DNA of 50,477 bases from the IMG/VR virus record IMGVR_UViG_2695420874_000004; one strand, 5' to 3'. The position numbers and the translations under genes were made by a program. Position 1 is the stretch's first letter. Each line of letters opens with the position of its first letter. The notes below the pieces were generated by a model. It was not told the origin of the DNA and did no database searches. It saw nothing but the letters and a program-made list of their open reading frames with translations. This document shows positions 9,945 to 19,142 of this stretch, piece after piece. This stretch comes from a virus (lineage: Duplodnaviria > Heunggongvirae > Uroviricota > Caudoviricetes).

Positions 9945-10382
9945 ATGTTTTATAGTCCATCTTTAAACATTTTTGTGAATCCTGCACTTAAGGATGATTA
10001 CATTAATGCAAATTCATGGCCAGATGATGCTCTGGCTGTCAGTGATGATGTTTATAATGAATTTGCAATAAATACGCCCCCAGATGGCAAAATTCGTGTT
10101 GCAGGAGAAAATGGATTACCCACATGGGCACTAATACCTCCACCATCACATGAAGAACTTATTCAACAGGCAGAATCAGAAAGGCAATTATTGCTTAATC
10201 TGGCCAACGAATACATGAACAGTAAACAATGGCCCGGTAAAGCCGCTATTGGTCGTCTGAAAGACGAGGAACTGGCGCAATATAATTTGTGGCTGGATTA
10301 CCTGGACGCACTGGAGCTGGTTGATACCTCCAGTGGGCCAGATATTGAATGGCCTACGCCTCCGGCAGTTCAGGCCAGATGA
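9945..10382 (+). CDS. Alternative tail fibre assembly protein (G'/U'-like)
   Basis: 145-aa ORF; C-terminal ...LWLDYLDALELVDTSSGPDIEWPTPP parallels the C-terminus of the minus-strand assembly protein (...LDYIDAVTATDTSTAPDVIWPELP). Confidence 0.65.
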   Translation: MFYSPSLNIFVNPALKDDYINANSWPDDALAVSDDVYNEFAINTPPDGKIRVAGENGLPTWALIPPPSHEELIQQAESERQLLLNLANEYMNSKQWPGKAAIGRLKDEELAQYNLWLDYLDALELVDTSSGPDIEWPTPPAVQAR

Positions 10383-10956
10383 CATCCGGCGCTGTGCTGG
10401 TATCTGTTGCCGTCACCGCGTCAATGTAATCCAGCACAGTGTTAAGTCGGGTGGTCTCTGCCTGCATCAGCTGCCGCCCGGCCTGCAATTTAAGTTGAAT
10501 CAGACTAATGGAAGCCATTGCAGTATTAATCAGTGACTGACGCTGTACTTCTGCCGCGTCTACTGCGGCGCTATGCTGTGCCTCAGTATCGGTCACCCAT
10601 TTCTTACCATCCCATTTATCGAATGGCGTTAACGGGGCGATAGTGGTTGTATTTTCAGGATAATCACCTGGAGCTGTGATTTCTTTGGCGTCTCCCGTTT
10701 CGGTGTTATAGACGATTTCACCGCGATGGTCTGGCACATATTCCCATGAGTTTAAATCCATCGAACGGCAGATAGCATAACCCGCCTTATGTATACCAGG
10801 TTCATCCAGACAGGAATATGCAGGGATACCGACACCAATGGCAAGATATTCATTTGAAGTAGAAATATATTCCCGAGTTTTACCATCATAGTTATAGACG
10901 GTAATATTCCCCGCCTTCGTGGCAATAAGCTCGCTATTTAATACGGCGTTATCCAT
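10354..10956 (-). CDS. G: Tail fibre assembly protein (gpG-like)
   Basis: 200-aa ORF overlapping the H stop by 1 nt (ATGA); conserved assembly-protein C-terminus. Confidence 0.8.
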   Translation of the reverse strand: MDNAVLNSELIATKAGNITVYNYDGKTREYISTSNEYLAIGVGIPAYSCLDEPGIHKAGYAICRSMDLNSWEYVPDHRGEIVYNTETGDAKEITAPGDYPENTTTIAPLTPFDKWDGKKWVTDTEAQHSAAVDAAEVQRQSLINTAMASISLIQLKLQAGRQLMQAETTRLNTVLDYIDAVTATDTSTAPDVIWPELPEA

Positions 10957-12485
10957 TATGCAGCCCTCACGATATAGTTAAATGCAATATTTCGTGGACG
11001 GGTTTCACTCCCGCCAGTATTACCGATACTCCCTCGTGAATGAAGTGTCGGTGATGGGATCAGACTCCCTCCTGTATTTGTGGCATCAAGTCCCCGTCCT
11101 TGTGTGTATGTCTTTTTGAAAATCGTAGCCAGTTCCCATTCATCTTTTGTGTCGTAACCATCATTGGCAACAACAATATGGCGGTGTTTTTCCAGCATCC
11201 CTGTCTGAATGCTCAATAAAACACGTCCTGCATCAATACCGCGCCCGTCATCCCAGCCACGAATAAACTCACCACGTAAATCAGGCAATTTATTTGTCGG
11301 ATAAGCCTTTGCCAGTTCCGGGTATTCTTCAGCAGAAAAAGCCGCACCGTTGCATTTCAGCCAGCCTGTTGGCGGTGTGGCTGAAGGCCATGGAACAGGC
11401 ACACCAACAGGTAATGCAGAGCCTTCTCCCAAACCAAGGTATGTGAGAAGACCAGCTACATCCTTTCCACTCAAATTAGTCAGCGTATTGTCCAGCGGTT
11501 GTTTACCTGCCAGTGCATTAAGCATTGTCGTGGCAAAGTTCGGGTCATTCCCCAGCGCCGCCGCCAGTTCGTTCAGTGTATCCAGTGCCGCAGGTGCAGA
11601 ACCCACCATTGCTGCAATCGCCGATTTCACAAAAGCCGTGGTGGCAATCTGTGTATTGTTGACCGACTGTGCCGCAGTAGGTGCTGTTGGCGTTCCGGTA
11701 AGTGCCGGACTCGACAGCGGCGCTTTCAGTGCCAGCGCATTGTTAATGGTGGTGCTGAATTTCGGGTCATTGTTAATGGCTGCGGTTATTTCTTTCAGTG
11801 TGTCCAGCGTGGCTGGCGCACCATTAATAAGAGCCGTCAGTGCCGCCTGTACAAACGCGGTGGTCGCAACCTGCGTGGTATTATTCCCTGCCGCTGGCGT
11901 TGGCGCTTTGGGGGTTCCGGTAAATGTCGGGCTGGCTTTTGGCGCGTACTGTGAATGCGGATCTGGTGCGGCAAGGTGTTTTGCCATCAGATCATCCACA
12001 TACACCTTCAGCTCCAGTGCCTTGTCATCCACATACTTGCGGGTTGCCAGCACGACGGCAGGATCGATTTTCAGGGTGATATTGTCCGTGCTGCTGGTTA
12101 TCAGCACTATACGCACGGTCTGGGTGCGCCCGCTGCCTTCAGCCAGTTGCGGCTTATAGCTTTCCGGGCAGTTGCCCACGGCAATCAATGCCCCTGACTC
12201 ATCAAACAGGCCCACTTCACGTATCCACCAACCGCCCTCGTTTTCAGGGATCACCTGTTCAGCAATAATCTGGCTGCTGTTCTGCGGGTCGATATAGAGC
12301 ATATTCAGCGCAGCCCGGCGTTTCTCATTTACCAGTGCAGTCTGCTTTGCGTCCGGCGTCGGCAATGCTCCGCCGCCATCCCCCACCGCCATATGGGTAA
12401 TTTTAAGCGGCACACCAAGTGCAGTGGCGCTGGCAAGTTTCGCCGCACCAATCTCCGTCAGCAGGGTATAAAATTTTGTGCTCAT
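10956..12485 (-). CDS. H: Tail fibre protein (gpH-like), constant N-terminal part fused to variable C-terminal part
   Basis: 509-aa ORF with phage fibre-like repeats; the gix-like site at 11424..11449 falls inside the coding sequence. Confidence 0.85.
   Translation of the reverse strand: MSTKFYTLLTEIGAAKLASATALGVPLKITHMAVGDGGGALPTPDAKQTALVNEKRRAALNMLYIDPQNSSQIIAEQVIPENEGGWWIREVGLFDESGALIAVGNCPESYKPQLAEGSGRTQTVRIVLITSSTDNITLKIDPAVVLATRKYVDDKALELKVYVDDLMAKHLAAPDPHSQYAPKASPTFTGTPKAPTPAAGNNTTQVATTAFVQAALTALINGAPATLDTLKEITAAINNDPKFSTTINNALALKAPLSSPALTGTPTAPTAAQSVNNTQIATTAFVKSAIAAMVGSAPAALDTLNELAAALGNDPNFATTMLNALAGKQPLDNTLTNLSGKDVAGLLTYLGLGEGSALPVGVPVPWPSATPPTGWLKCNGAAFSAEEYPELAKAYPTNKLPDLRGEFIRGWDDGRGIDAGRVLLSIQTGMLEKHRHIVVANDGYDTKDEWELATIFKKTYTQGRGLDATNTGGSLIPSPTLHSRGSIGNTGGSETRPRNIAFNYIVRAA
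11424..11449. repeat. Invertase crossover site (gix/hix-like), right, inside the fibre gene
   Basis: TTCTCCCAAACC AA GGTATGTGAGAA; its first 14 bp equal the reverse complement of the end of the 9582..9607 site. Confidence 0.6.
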
Positions 12486-13087
12486 GGATTCACTCTCACT
12501 GTGTCAATAACGTGGACTGCCCCGCCCTCATGCGCGGTGCCGCCGGAAATAATCGTTTCGTTGATATACGGATAGATCGTGATTTCTTCGCCAAGATAGC
12601 TGGCAGCCCCTACCCAATGCGGACCGCTGGTCTGCAGATTGATGGACATGCCAGTCATGTGACGGCTGCATGGTTTGGCATCGCTTATCAGCCGCTCAAG
12701 TTCCAGATAGGTATCTTCAGTGATGCCCTGGTCCTGCACGCCAATATCCAGGCGAAACGTGCCGGGTGTTTCTCCGGTCTGCCACCACTCAATAATGCGG
12801 ATCAGGAAGCCGAACGGCTCCACCACCCGCCGCACGGCACTGGTGGTTCCTTTATGCTGATGTATATAAAAAGCATCCTTCACCACCTGGCGTTTGACGC
12901 TTTCCGTCCAGCCCTCGTCCCATCGATCCACAGAGAACCCCCAGGCGAGATAAGGCAGGAAACTGACCGGACAGGTAGCCGGATCCCACAGGTCACGCAG
13001 CGGCACCTGCAAATCAGAAATCCCGCTGCAGGTTTGTGCCAGTCGGCGCTCCAGTGGTGTTGAACCCGGTGGCAGCAGACTATTCAT
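12482..13087 (-). CDS. I: Baseplate protein gpI-like
   Basis: 201-aa ORF recognised as P2 I-like, between H and J. Confidence 0.85.
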   Translation of the reverse strand: MNSLLPPGSTPLERRLAQTCSGISDLQVPLRDLWDPATCPVSFLPYLAWGFSVDRWDEGWTESVKRQVVKDAFYIHQHKGTTSAVRRVVEPFGFLIRIIEWWQTGETPGTFRLDIGVQDQGITEDTYLELERLISDAKPCSRHMTGMSINLQTSGPHWVGAASYLGEEITIYPYINETIISGGTAHEGGAVHVIDTVRVNP

Positions 13088-13988
13088 CCGTTCCCCCGTT
13101 GGTCACGCTCCACTCCGTACATGATGCCGCCTGCGTTTTGTTCAGGACCACATCCGCCAGCGGGGAAGCCAGTTCCACACGCTGAACACCCTCAACATGC
13201 AGCGCGGCAAAAATGGCGCTACGGCGAATATCCCGACCAAGCCGCGTCTGACTGGCAATGTACCTCTGCAGGCTGGCTTTTGCCGCTGCCATTACCGGCT
13301 CTGCTTCCGGCCCCGGATAGAGAAAAATGGTAGCTTCCACGCGGTACGGGATGATTTCTGCACTGCGAACCGTCAGACGGTCAGCCACCGGGCGGACGTT
13401 CTCACTGTTCAGGGCTTTCTCCACCACATCCAGCAGGTCTTTTTCTGCTGTTCCATCGCCTTCGCGGCTAAGGACAGTCAGCACCACCTCTGCAGGTGCC
13501 GGGCTGGTTGCACTGGCATCCGCCACCCGACCGTCGGCGCTTCGGGCATGAAATTCATAAGCTGCAGTTGGCCCCGCAACTGAAAGCCCCTCAAAGGCTG
13601 CAGGCACACGCAGGCGTAACGCTTCATCGCTTTCCATCACAGCTGCAACGGGCGGCACAGCGTCATCATCAGCAGGCGTCACCGTCAGGCGTTTCACGTT
13701 GTAGTTGGCAGCGAGCTGGTCCAGATCGCCGCCCATCGCGTAAGCCACCATTACCGCCTGCGCGGCTTCGTTAATGCGCTGGCGCAGAAGCAACTCACGG
13801 TAAGCGTTCTCCTGCAGCAATTTGGTGACGGGTTCAGATTCCAGTTCCAGCGTGCGGATCACAGCCTCCACCTCATCTTTCGGATGAAGCGCCACAAATT
13901 CTGCCTTGCGTTCGGCAAGCAGCGTCTCAAAGTTCGGCACATCCACAATCTGCGGCGCAGGCAACTGCGAAAGGTCAATCACTGCCAT
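13080..13988 (-). CDS. J: Baseplate protein gpJ-like
   Basis: Recognised as P2 J-like; start set to the internal ATG (MAVIDLSQLPAP...) that overlaps the W stop. Confidence 0.85.
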   Translation of the reverse strand: MAVIDLSQLPAPQIVDVPNFETLLAERKAEFVALHPKDEVEAVIRTLELESEPVTKLLQENAYRELLLRQRINEAAQAVMVAYAMGGDLDQLAANYNVKRLTVTPADDDAVPPVAAVMESDEALRLRVPAAFEGLSVAGPTAAYEFHARSADGRVADASATSPAPAEVVLTVLSREGDGTAEKDLLDVVEKALNSENVRPVADRLTVRSAEIIPYRVEATIFLYPGPEAEPVMAAAKASLQRYIASQTRLGRDIRRSAIFAALHVEGVQRVELASPLADVVLNKTQAASCTEWSVTNGGTDE

Positions 13989-14334
13989 TCTCTGCTCCTG
14001 TTGATACGGAAAGGGACACAGGCACACCGTTATTCCGCCGCCCGGTCAGCTCCACCACCATTGAACCGTCAAAATTGCTGTTGATGGTGATGGAATCCAG
14101 CGTCAGCCGTGGCTCCCAGCGACTCAGTGCCACATACACAGCCGACATGACCTGCAGGCGTAACGCCGGATTTTGTGGCTGATCTATTAAAGCCGACAGC
14201 AGGGAACCATATTCCCGGCGGGCAATGCGGCTACCCTGCGGTGTCAGCAGAATGTCCCGCACCGACTGGCGCAGATGGTCAATATCAGTAACAGCTTTAC
14301 CGCTGGTATTGTTCATCCCGATATAAAGCGTCAT
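13975..14334 (-). CDS. W: Baseplate protein gpW-like
   Basis: 119-aa ORF recognised as P2 W-like. Confidence 0.85.
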   Translation of the reverse strand: MTLYIGMNNTSGKAVTDIDHLRQSVRDILLTPQGSRIARREYGSLLSALIDQPQNPALRLQVMSAVYVALSRWEPRLTLDSITINSNFDGSMVVELTGRRNNGVPVSLSVSTGAENGSD

Positions 14335-14909
14335 ACCGGGCCTCCGGTTGTGTCGCCGCCTTTCAGGACGCCAGTATGCTGATGCGCATCAACCACGATC
14401 CCGTTAGAATTCATTGCACCGCCGCCCTGGGTAACGCCACCATTGATCACCACTTCGCTGTTAATACGCGTGCGGTCAGCCTCCAGCACAAACTCACTGG
14501 TTTTCAGGGTGATGTTGTCGGCAGCCTCAATGACCATGGATTTGATGCCCCTGACATACCAGCGCCCGGTGGCTGGTTCGTATTCAAACCAGCCACCATC
14601 AGGATGTTCTGTCACGCAGGCTTCCGCCGACGTTGACGGCGGTGCGAACTGATTCGAATAGATGGCGGGCAACGCAAAGGCGGTTTCCAGATTGCCACCC
14701 AGGCTGAACAGCACAACCTGCTCGCCCACAGACGGTTTCCACCAGGTGCGCGATTTGCCCGCGCGCAGTGTCAGCCAGTTAATCCAGTTGGTTTCAAGGT
14801 CGCCCGTTTTCACCCGGCAAAGCCAGTTCTCCCGGTCCACCTCGGTGACTACACCAGTGCGGATCAGGTTGGTGATAAGGCGCATGATTTCAGTCAGTTG
14901 TGCATTCAT
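14331..14909 (-). CDS. V: Baseplate spike gpV-like
   Basis: Recognised as P2 V-like; start trimmed to the ATG (MNAQLTEIMRL...) aligning with the P2 V N-terminus. Confidence 0.85.
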   Translation of the reverse strand: MNAQLTEIMRLITNLIRTGVVTEVDRENWLCRVKTGDLETNWINWLTLRAGKSRTWWKPSVGEQVVLFSLGGNLETAFALPAIYSNQFAPPSTSAEACVTEHPDGGWFEYEPATGRWYVRGIKSMVIEAADNITLKTSEFVLEADRTRINSEVVINGGVTQGGGAMNSNGIVVDAHQHTGVLKGGDTTGGPV

Positions 14910-14957
14910 GAGAGCGATCCTTGCACAACCGGGTGGAGTGATGTAATACAGAGCGTA

Positions 14958-14975
14958 TGTATGGAGAACCACACA
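14958..14975 (-). promoter_or_regulatory. Possible Ogr-type late promoter dyad upstream of V
   Basis: TGTATGGAGAACCACACA is a TGT-N12-ACA dyad; spacing to the V start is short, so the assignment is tentative. Confidence 0.3.
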
Positions 14976-15004
14976 AAAGAGAAACAATTTCTAAGGTATT
15001 TAAG

Positions 15005-15871
15005 ATGACACAAATCGCAATTTATGGATTTAATTTCACTAAAAAAATCACATTTGACGGTGGTGAGTTAACTCCTATTTTCAGTTCATGGAGTGAGTTA
15101 AAAAAAAATGGCTGGGCTAATGATAGGTACATCCTCACTGGTTTTTTCAAACCAAACTCGAATAACTACGCCACTCAACAGCAGCTTATTTTTGATTTAC
15201 AAGCAGTTCTTAGTTTTATTGAACAAAAAAATGTAATCATTTCAGGAGAACTTGAAAATGATGAAACCCCTTTCAATTTCAAACCATCTCTACCCAAAAA
15301 GCTTGACAAAAAAAGAGATAAGGGTGCGGGCATTATCATCATGGAAGATTATTTTGCACCAAACAGCCGAGAAAATTTTATTTGCTTAGCCATGGAAAAA
15401 CTAAATAGTAAAGCCATGCTAAAACAAGATGCCTTTAGAACATCATTTTTTAAATCAATGCTAGCTTTCCGCGACTCAATAAATTATATCGACGTCAGAT
15501 ATTATTTATTATTCTCGGCACTAGAAGCACTTTGCAGATTTATTAAAAATGACTACTCCCCTGCCAAAACACCACAAATAATTACTCAGGTTTTAAAAGA
15601 ATATGGTTTTAATGTCGAAAAAACAGGACATACATTAGCTCAAAGAAACATTATGCATTACTGCAAACTCCGTCACTCGCTGTTCCACAATGGTAAATAC
15701 ATTGCCTATCTTGATGAAAAAAACTCAGATGGCACAATTGAAATTCAAGATTACTCATCAAATTTGAATTTACTGGTGCCACTTGTACTAATGAAATTCA
15801 TAGGATTTGATGACAATTATATAAACTGGGACTCATGGATTGATAGGAATCCATTTATCAGTAAAAAGTAA
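15005..15871 (+). CDS. Hypothetical cargo protein (289 aa) in the S/V (P2 orf30) variable locus
   Basis: Clean AT-rich ORF on the opposite strand to the flanking tail genes, with AAGG ribosome-binding-like sequence upstream of the ATG at 15005; no motif I recognise. Confidence 0.7.
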   Translation: MTQIAIYGFNFTKKITFDGGELTPIFSSWSELKKNGWANDRYILTGFFKPNSNNYATQQQLIFDLQAVLSFIEQKNVIISGELENDETPFNFKPSLPKKLDKKRDKGAGIIIMEDYFAPNSRENFICLAMEKLNSKAMLKQDAFRTSFFKSMLAFRDSINYIDVRYYLLFSALEALCRFIKNDYSPAKTPQIITQVLKEYGFNVEKTGHTLAQRNIMHYCKLRHSLFHNGKYIAYLDEKNSDGTIEIQDYSSNLNLLVPLVLMKFIGFDDNYINWDSWIDRNPFISKK

Positions 15872-15897
15872 ACTAAATTTTATAAATGTGGTTTTAT

Positions 15898-16344
15898 TTA
15901 TCTCTGTAACCAATTTAGCAAAGCATCCTGAATGACAGTTTCCACATCATCATTTACGCCTAGGAGACGACGCTCTGCGTAACGGACCTCCGGTCCTCTT
16001 CGACTGATGCGATCACGCAGGCCGTAGTGATGAACGCGGGCAATGCGCTGCACCTTACCTTCAAACTGCACGCTGGCAGAATCGGCGCTGGCGGCAGTTT
16101 TCAGGTATTTTGTGGTGCGCAGCTTTGTAAACATCTGACGTTTGATGCGCCCCTTTTTGCTGCGTGCTGTTACCCGTCGCGGCTCATAACTGCTGCCATC
16201 TGGATTGCGCTGCATCCTGATGTTCTGCTGCTGTGTCCGGCGCAGTTCCTGCGCCAGCTGGCGCATCATGCGGCTTCTTGCGGCTGGCTCCAGATTCGCC
16301 AGCAAGGCACTCAGCCAGTCGTCCACCTTCTGCAATTCAGCCAC
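15898..16344 (-). CDS. S: Tail completion protein gpS-like
   Basis: 148-aa ORF recognised as P2 S-like. Confidence 0.85.
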   Translation of the reverse strand: MAELQKVDDWLSALLANLEPAARSRMMRQLAQELRRTQQQNIRMQRNPDGSSYEPRRVTARSKKGRIKRQMFTKLRTTKYLKTAASADSASVQFEGKVQRIARVHHYGLRDRISRRGPEVRYAERRLLGVNDDVETVIQDALLNWLQR

Positions 16345-16789
16345 GTTTCACCGTCCACATTTCTTCAGGTTCATCAGGTTCCGCTATAGCTTCAACGCTC
16401 GACACACTGCCGTCAGTGCTGACCAGCACACGCTCCGTCAGTTGCAGGTTCAGGCTGATATCACAGACATCGTTGCGCAGAATATCCACCTCAAAGGTGA
16501 ATAGTTTTTCCCGTAACGCCGGGTTATTGATGGCATCGGGCTGGTTATCCCGCAGCCACAGCAAAACCGGGGCCATCAGCAGATTCTGGTCGCCGCTGAA
16601 ATCCTCAATCACTGCGTTCAGGGTGTAACGGTACTCCCACGACATGGAGCTGGTCCCCGTGGCAACCAGCGAACCGTTATCCACAAACAGATGCAGTTTG
16701 TCCGGGTTATTGCGGACATAAGGCACTGCTTTATTAAGGGCGTGGCGCAGGGATTGTGGTTTGTTCACTGTTTCGCTCCTGACACGCAA
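16337..16789 (-). CDS. R: Tail completion protein gpR-like
   Basis: 150-aa ORF recognised as P2 R-like; true start may be a few codons downstream. Confidence 0.8.
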   Translation of the reverse strand: MRVRSETVNKPQSLRHALNKAVPYVRNNPDKLHLFVDNGSLVATGTSSMSWEYRYTLNAVIEDFSGDQNLLMAPVLLWLRDNQPDAINNPALREKLFTFEVDILRNDVCDISLNLQLTERVLVSTDGSVSSVEAIAEPDEPEEMWTVKRG

Positions 16790-17021
16790 TAATCATGTCC
16801 ACTTTGTCTGCACAGACCGCCCAGGCGGCCTCCGTTTCATCCAGCAACGCGTTCAGCTCACCGTTAGTGCGCGGCGCTGTCTGATCCAGCCGACACGGCG
16901 TCACTCGCGGACAACCACTGACGGTAAGCTGCACCTCCGGTGAGTGCCGGACGTTCCCGCAGCCGGATAATGTCAGCAGGCAAAGGAGTATCAGCCCAGC
17001 GGCGTAAATCCTCGTTCTCAC
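16734..17021 (-). CDS. lysC: LysC-like outer-membrane spanin lipoprotein (Rz1-like), embedded out of frame in lysB
   Basis: Lipobox-like LTLSGC signal near the N-terminus, Pro-rich; starts inside lysB in another frame and extends beyond it, the classic embedded-spanin arrangement. Confidence 0.7.
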   Translation of the reverse strand: MRTRIYAAGLILLCLLTLSGCGNVRHSPEVQLTVSGCPRVTPCRLDQTAPRTNGELNALLDETEAAWAVCADKVDMIIACQERNSEQTTIPAPRP

Positions 17022-17292
17022 GTTTCAGTTCCTCAATCCGGCGTTGTCGTTGTTTCAGCAGCGCGTTGGTCTGTTCTGCGTCGGCATAGAGCCGCGCCTG
17101 CTCCCGGTTATTGGTTTCAGTCAGAATGGACAGGCTGATAAGCTGGCTGTTGCTCTTTGCCAGTGCCTGGCTTTTGCTCTGCAGCTCGTCCGCCTGCGTG
17201 CTGATGGTCCGGCTGGCATCAGCCAGCCGCCACGTCTGCCAGCCCAGCGCCGCCAGTAATAACGCCAGCATAACCAGCAGCAACCGGTTCAT
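16864..17292 (-). CDS. lysB: LysB-like inner-membrane spanin (Rz-like)
   Basis: N-terminal transmembrane segment LLLVMLALLLAALGW followed by a coiled-coil-type region. Confidence 0.8.
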   Translation of the reverse strand: MNRLLLVMLALLLAALGWQTWRLADASRTISTQADELQSKSQALAKSNSQLISLSILTETNNREQARLYADAEQTNALLKQRQRRIEELKRENEDLRRWADTPLPADIIRLRERPALTGGAAYRQWLSASDAVSAGSDSAAH

Positions 17293-17666
17293 GCTGCTAC
17301 CTGTTGCGCCATCTGATTACGGGTGATCCAGAAGGCAATAACGGTCAGTAGATAAAAGACCAGGGTAATAGCCCACCCCGTCCAGACGAGACTTACGACA
17401 ATCAGCAATCGCATCACCCAGCTGATAAATACGTTTTCTTTTCGGGTAATGGTCTTCAGCAAAGATACCCTCAACTCCTGCCAGAGCGAGCCATTCTTAA
17501 TTAACGCAGCCAGTGCTACCGGAATTGCCGCCCATGTCAGTAAACAGGCTACCCAAACGCCGGACGCTGCCAGTACCGGAAAAATCCCCTGCGGATACAC
17601 CATTGCTGCGATTAACAGCGCCATCCATAACATCAGAAACAGTCCGCTGATTAATTTCTTTTTCAT
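17289..17666 (-). CDS. lysA: LysA-like lysis regulator, multi-pass membrane protein
   Basis: Several hydrophobic helices; start set to ATG at 17664..17666 (MKKKLISG...). Confidence 0.75.
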   Translation of the reverse strand: MKKKLISGLFLMLWMALLIAAMVYPQGIFPVLAASGVWVACLLTWAAIPVALAALIKNGSLWQELRVSLLKTITRKENVFISWVMRLLIVVSLVWTGWAITLVFYLLTVIAFWITRNQMAQQVAA

Positions 17667-17667
17667 T

Positions 17668-18180
17668 TCAGTTTGCTCCCTGTAAGCACCAGGCCATCTC
17701 CCGCGCACGGCGGTTATCCAGCCCCTGATTAAACACACCTTTCACATACACCCAGCGCGGCAACTGTCGGCACGCATCCGCCCAGCGCCGCTGATTGAGC
17801 AATTTCACCAGCGTGGAGCTGCAGGCATTGCCTGTCCCCACGTTGAAGGCAAATGACACCACCGCGTCATACACTTTCTGCGGTGGCTGTTGCTTCACAC
17901 ACCTTTCCAGTGACCGCTCCACACGCAGCACGTTGGAGATAAGCCCTTCTGCTGCCTGTCGTTCCGTAATGGTTTTGCCGGGAATGACGCCCGACGTATT
18001 ACCAATGCCGTCAGTCCATACACCCGCGCTGCACTGATACGGCTGCAGACGACAGCCTTCGTAATCGGCAATCAGTTTCAGTCCCTCCACGGAGGTGTGA
18101 AGCTGCTGAAAACCCGGCAGCGTGGCAGCAATAGCCAGCACGACCCCGACAAGGCAGCGTTTAACGATTGATGGATTCAT
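17668..18180 (-). CDS. K: Endolysin (gpK-like lysozyme) with N-terminal hydrophobic SAR-like segment
   Basis: 170 aa; N-terminal CLVGVVLAIAATLPG hydrophobic stretch followed by a lysozyme-like domain with EG...D...T catalytic pattern. Confidence 0.85.
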   Translation of the reverse strand: MNPSIVKRCLVGVVLAIAATLPGFQQLHTSVEGLKLIADYEGCRLQPYQCSAGVWTDGIGNTSGVIPGKTITERQAAEGLISNVLRVERSLERCVKQQPPQKVYDAVVSFAFNVGTGNACSSTLVKLLNQRRWADACRQLPRWVYVKGVFNQGLDNRRAREMAWCLQGAN

Positions 18181-18376
18181 AATCCTCCCGCGAGATCTGC
18201 CCGTCGCGCAGAAGCTGGTAGGCTTTGTGTTTGTAGTACCAGTTGATAGCCAGCATCAGTACACCAATCATCAGGCCGCCCAGCGTTGAGGCATCCTTGA
18301 TGGACAAATCGCCCAGCCAGGCCAGCACGACGGCGATGCAATACGTGATAAAGGCGCTGATTCGCTCAAGCGTCAT
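18161..18376 (-). CDS. Y: Holin (gpY-like)
   Basis: 71-aa protein with two hydrophobic helices and a charged C-terminus, immediately upstream of the endolysin. Confidence 0.7.
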   Translation of the reverse strand: MTLERISAFITYCIAVVLAWLGDLSIKDASTLGGLMIGVLMLAINWYYKHKAYQLLRDGQISREDYESINR

Positions 18377-18379
18377 AAT

Positions 18380-18583
18380 TCAGTCCCATAGCTGGACGGT
18401 CTGCACGGTGGTGGTTGTCGGAATGTCCGGCAGCTCCACCTGCAGCCCGTGAGGTAAAAAGGGGCCGTATTCGGCAAGCCCCGGATTTGCCTTCAGTACC
18501 TGCTCCGTGACACCCTGCGTGCGCCCGTAATGACGCCAGCAAAGTGCGTCCACCGTGTCATACTGATGCGCACGCACTTTCAT
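18380..18583 (-). CDS. X: Tail protein gpX-like
   Basis: 67-aa ORF between L and Y, same size and position as P2 X. Confidence 0.75.
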   Translation of the reverse strand: MKVRAHQYDTVDALCWRHYGRTQGVTEQVLKANPGLAEYGPFLPHGLQVELPDIPTTTTVQTVQLWD

Positions 18584-19110
18584 CAGATAAGCTCCACTGT
18601 GCAGTGCGGCGCATCCTGCACCCGGCTGATGGCCCAGCGGGCGTCACGCCATAAATCACCGCTTGCTTCCGCCAGTTCCTCGCCTCGCTTCGCACCGGAT
18701 GCCGTGGCGTCATAGTCCTGGTAACGTTCGTTGAGCATGGCGCGTGCCCAGCAGTAAACCGCGTTGAAATAGTGCTGAATGCGCTCGCTTTTGCCGTCCA
18801 GTTGTTCCGTCGGGACTTCTGCCAGCGAGGCATACCCCAGCATCTGCTGGCGTCTGCGAAACTCATACAGCTCTGCGTTGACCTCCGAAATTGCCGACAG
18901 CGCAACCTGCTTTAAACGCGGCTGCGTCACCGTGCCGTCAGTGCGCATGACACTGCGAAACTCCGACAGGTCCACATCAGGCCAGAACGGCGTATTTCTG
19001 ATGATTTCCGCCTGTTCCGGTGCCTGTTCTGGCGCAACAAACTTCATGCTGCTTTCTCCTGAAATAAAGGGCGGTGGACGGGGTTTTGATGTGGCAGTGC
19101 CTTTCGCCAC
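18583..19110 (-). CDS. L: Head completion protein gpL-like
   Basis: Recognised as P2 L-like; N-terminal extent uncertain. Confidence 0.8.
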   Translation of the reverse strand: MAKGTATSKPRPPPFISGESSMKFVAPEQAPEQAEIIRNTPFWPDVDLSEFRSVMRTDGTVTQPRLKQVALSAISEVNAELYEFRRRQQMLGYASLAEVPTEQLDGKSERIQHYFNAVYCWARAMLNERYQDYDATASGAKRGEELAEASGDLWRDARWAISRVQDAPHCTVELI

Positions 19111-19142
19111 CCCGTGCCGCCCGTGCGCGGGGGCACGTTCTG

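Larger units (their letters stand above)
9582..11449. other. Invertible tail-fibre segment (G-segment-like, about 1.9 kb)
   Basis: Flanked by inverted gix-like sites; contains two convergent tail-fibre-assembly genes and the variable 3' part of the fibre gene plus an opposite-strand alternative fibre 3' segment; invertase gene adjacent. Confidence 0.6.

Noticed and set aside
11350-12197. Plus-strand ORFs of 80-269 aa overlapping the tail-fibre gene
   Set aside because: Antisense to the fibre gene; Cys/Arg-rich or Ala/Gly-rich nonsense translations; no start context.
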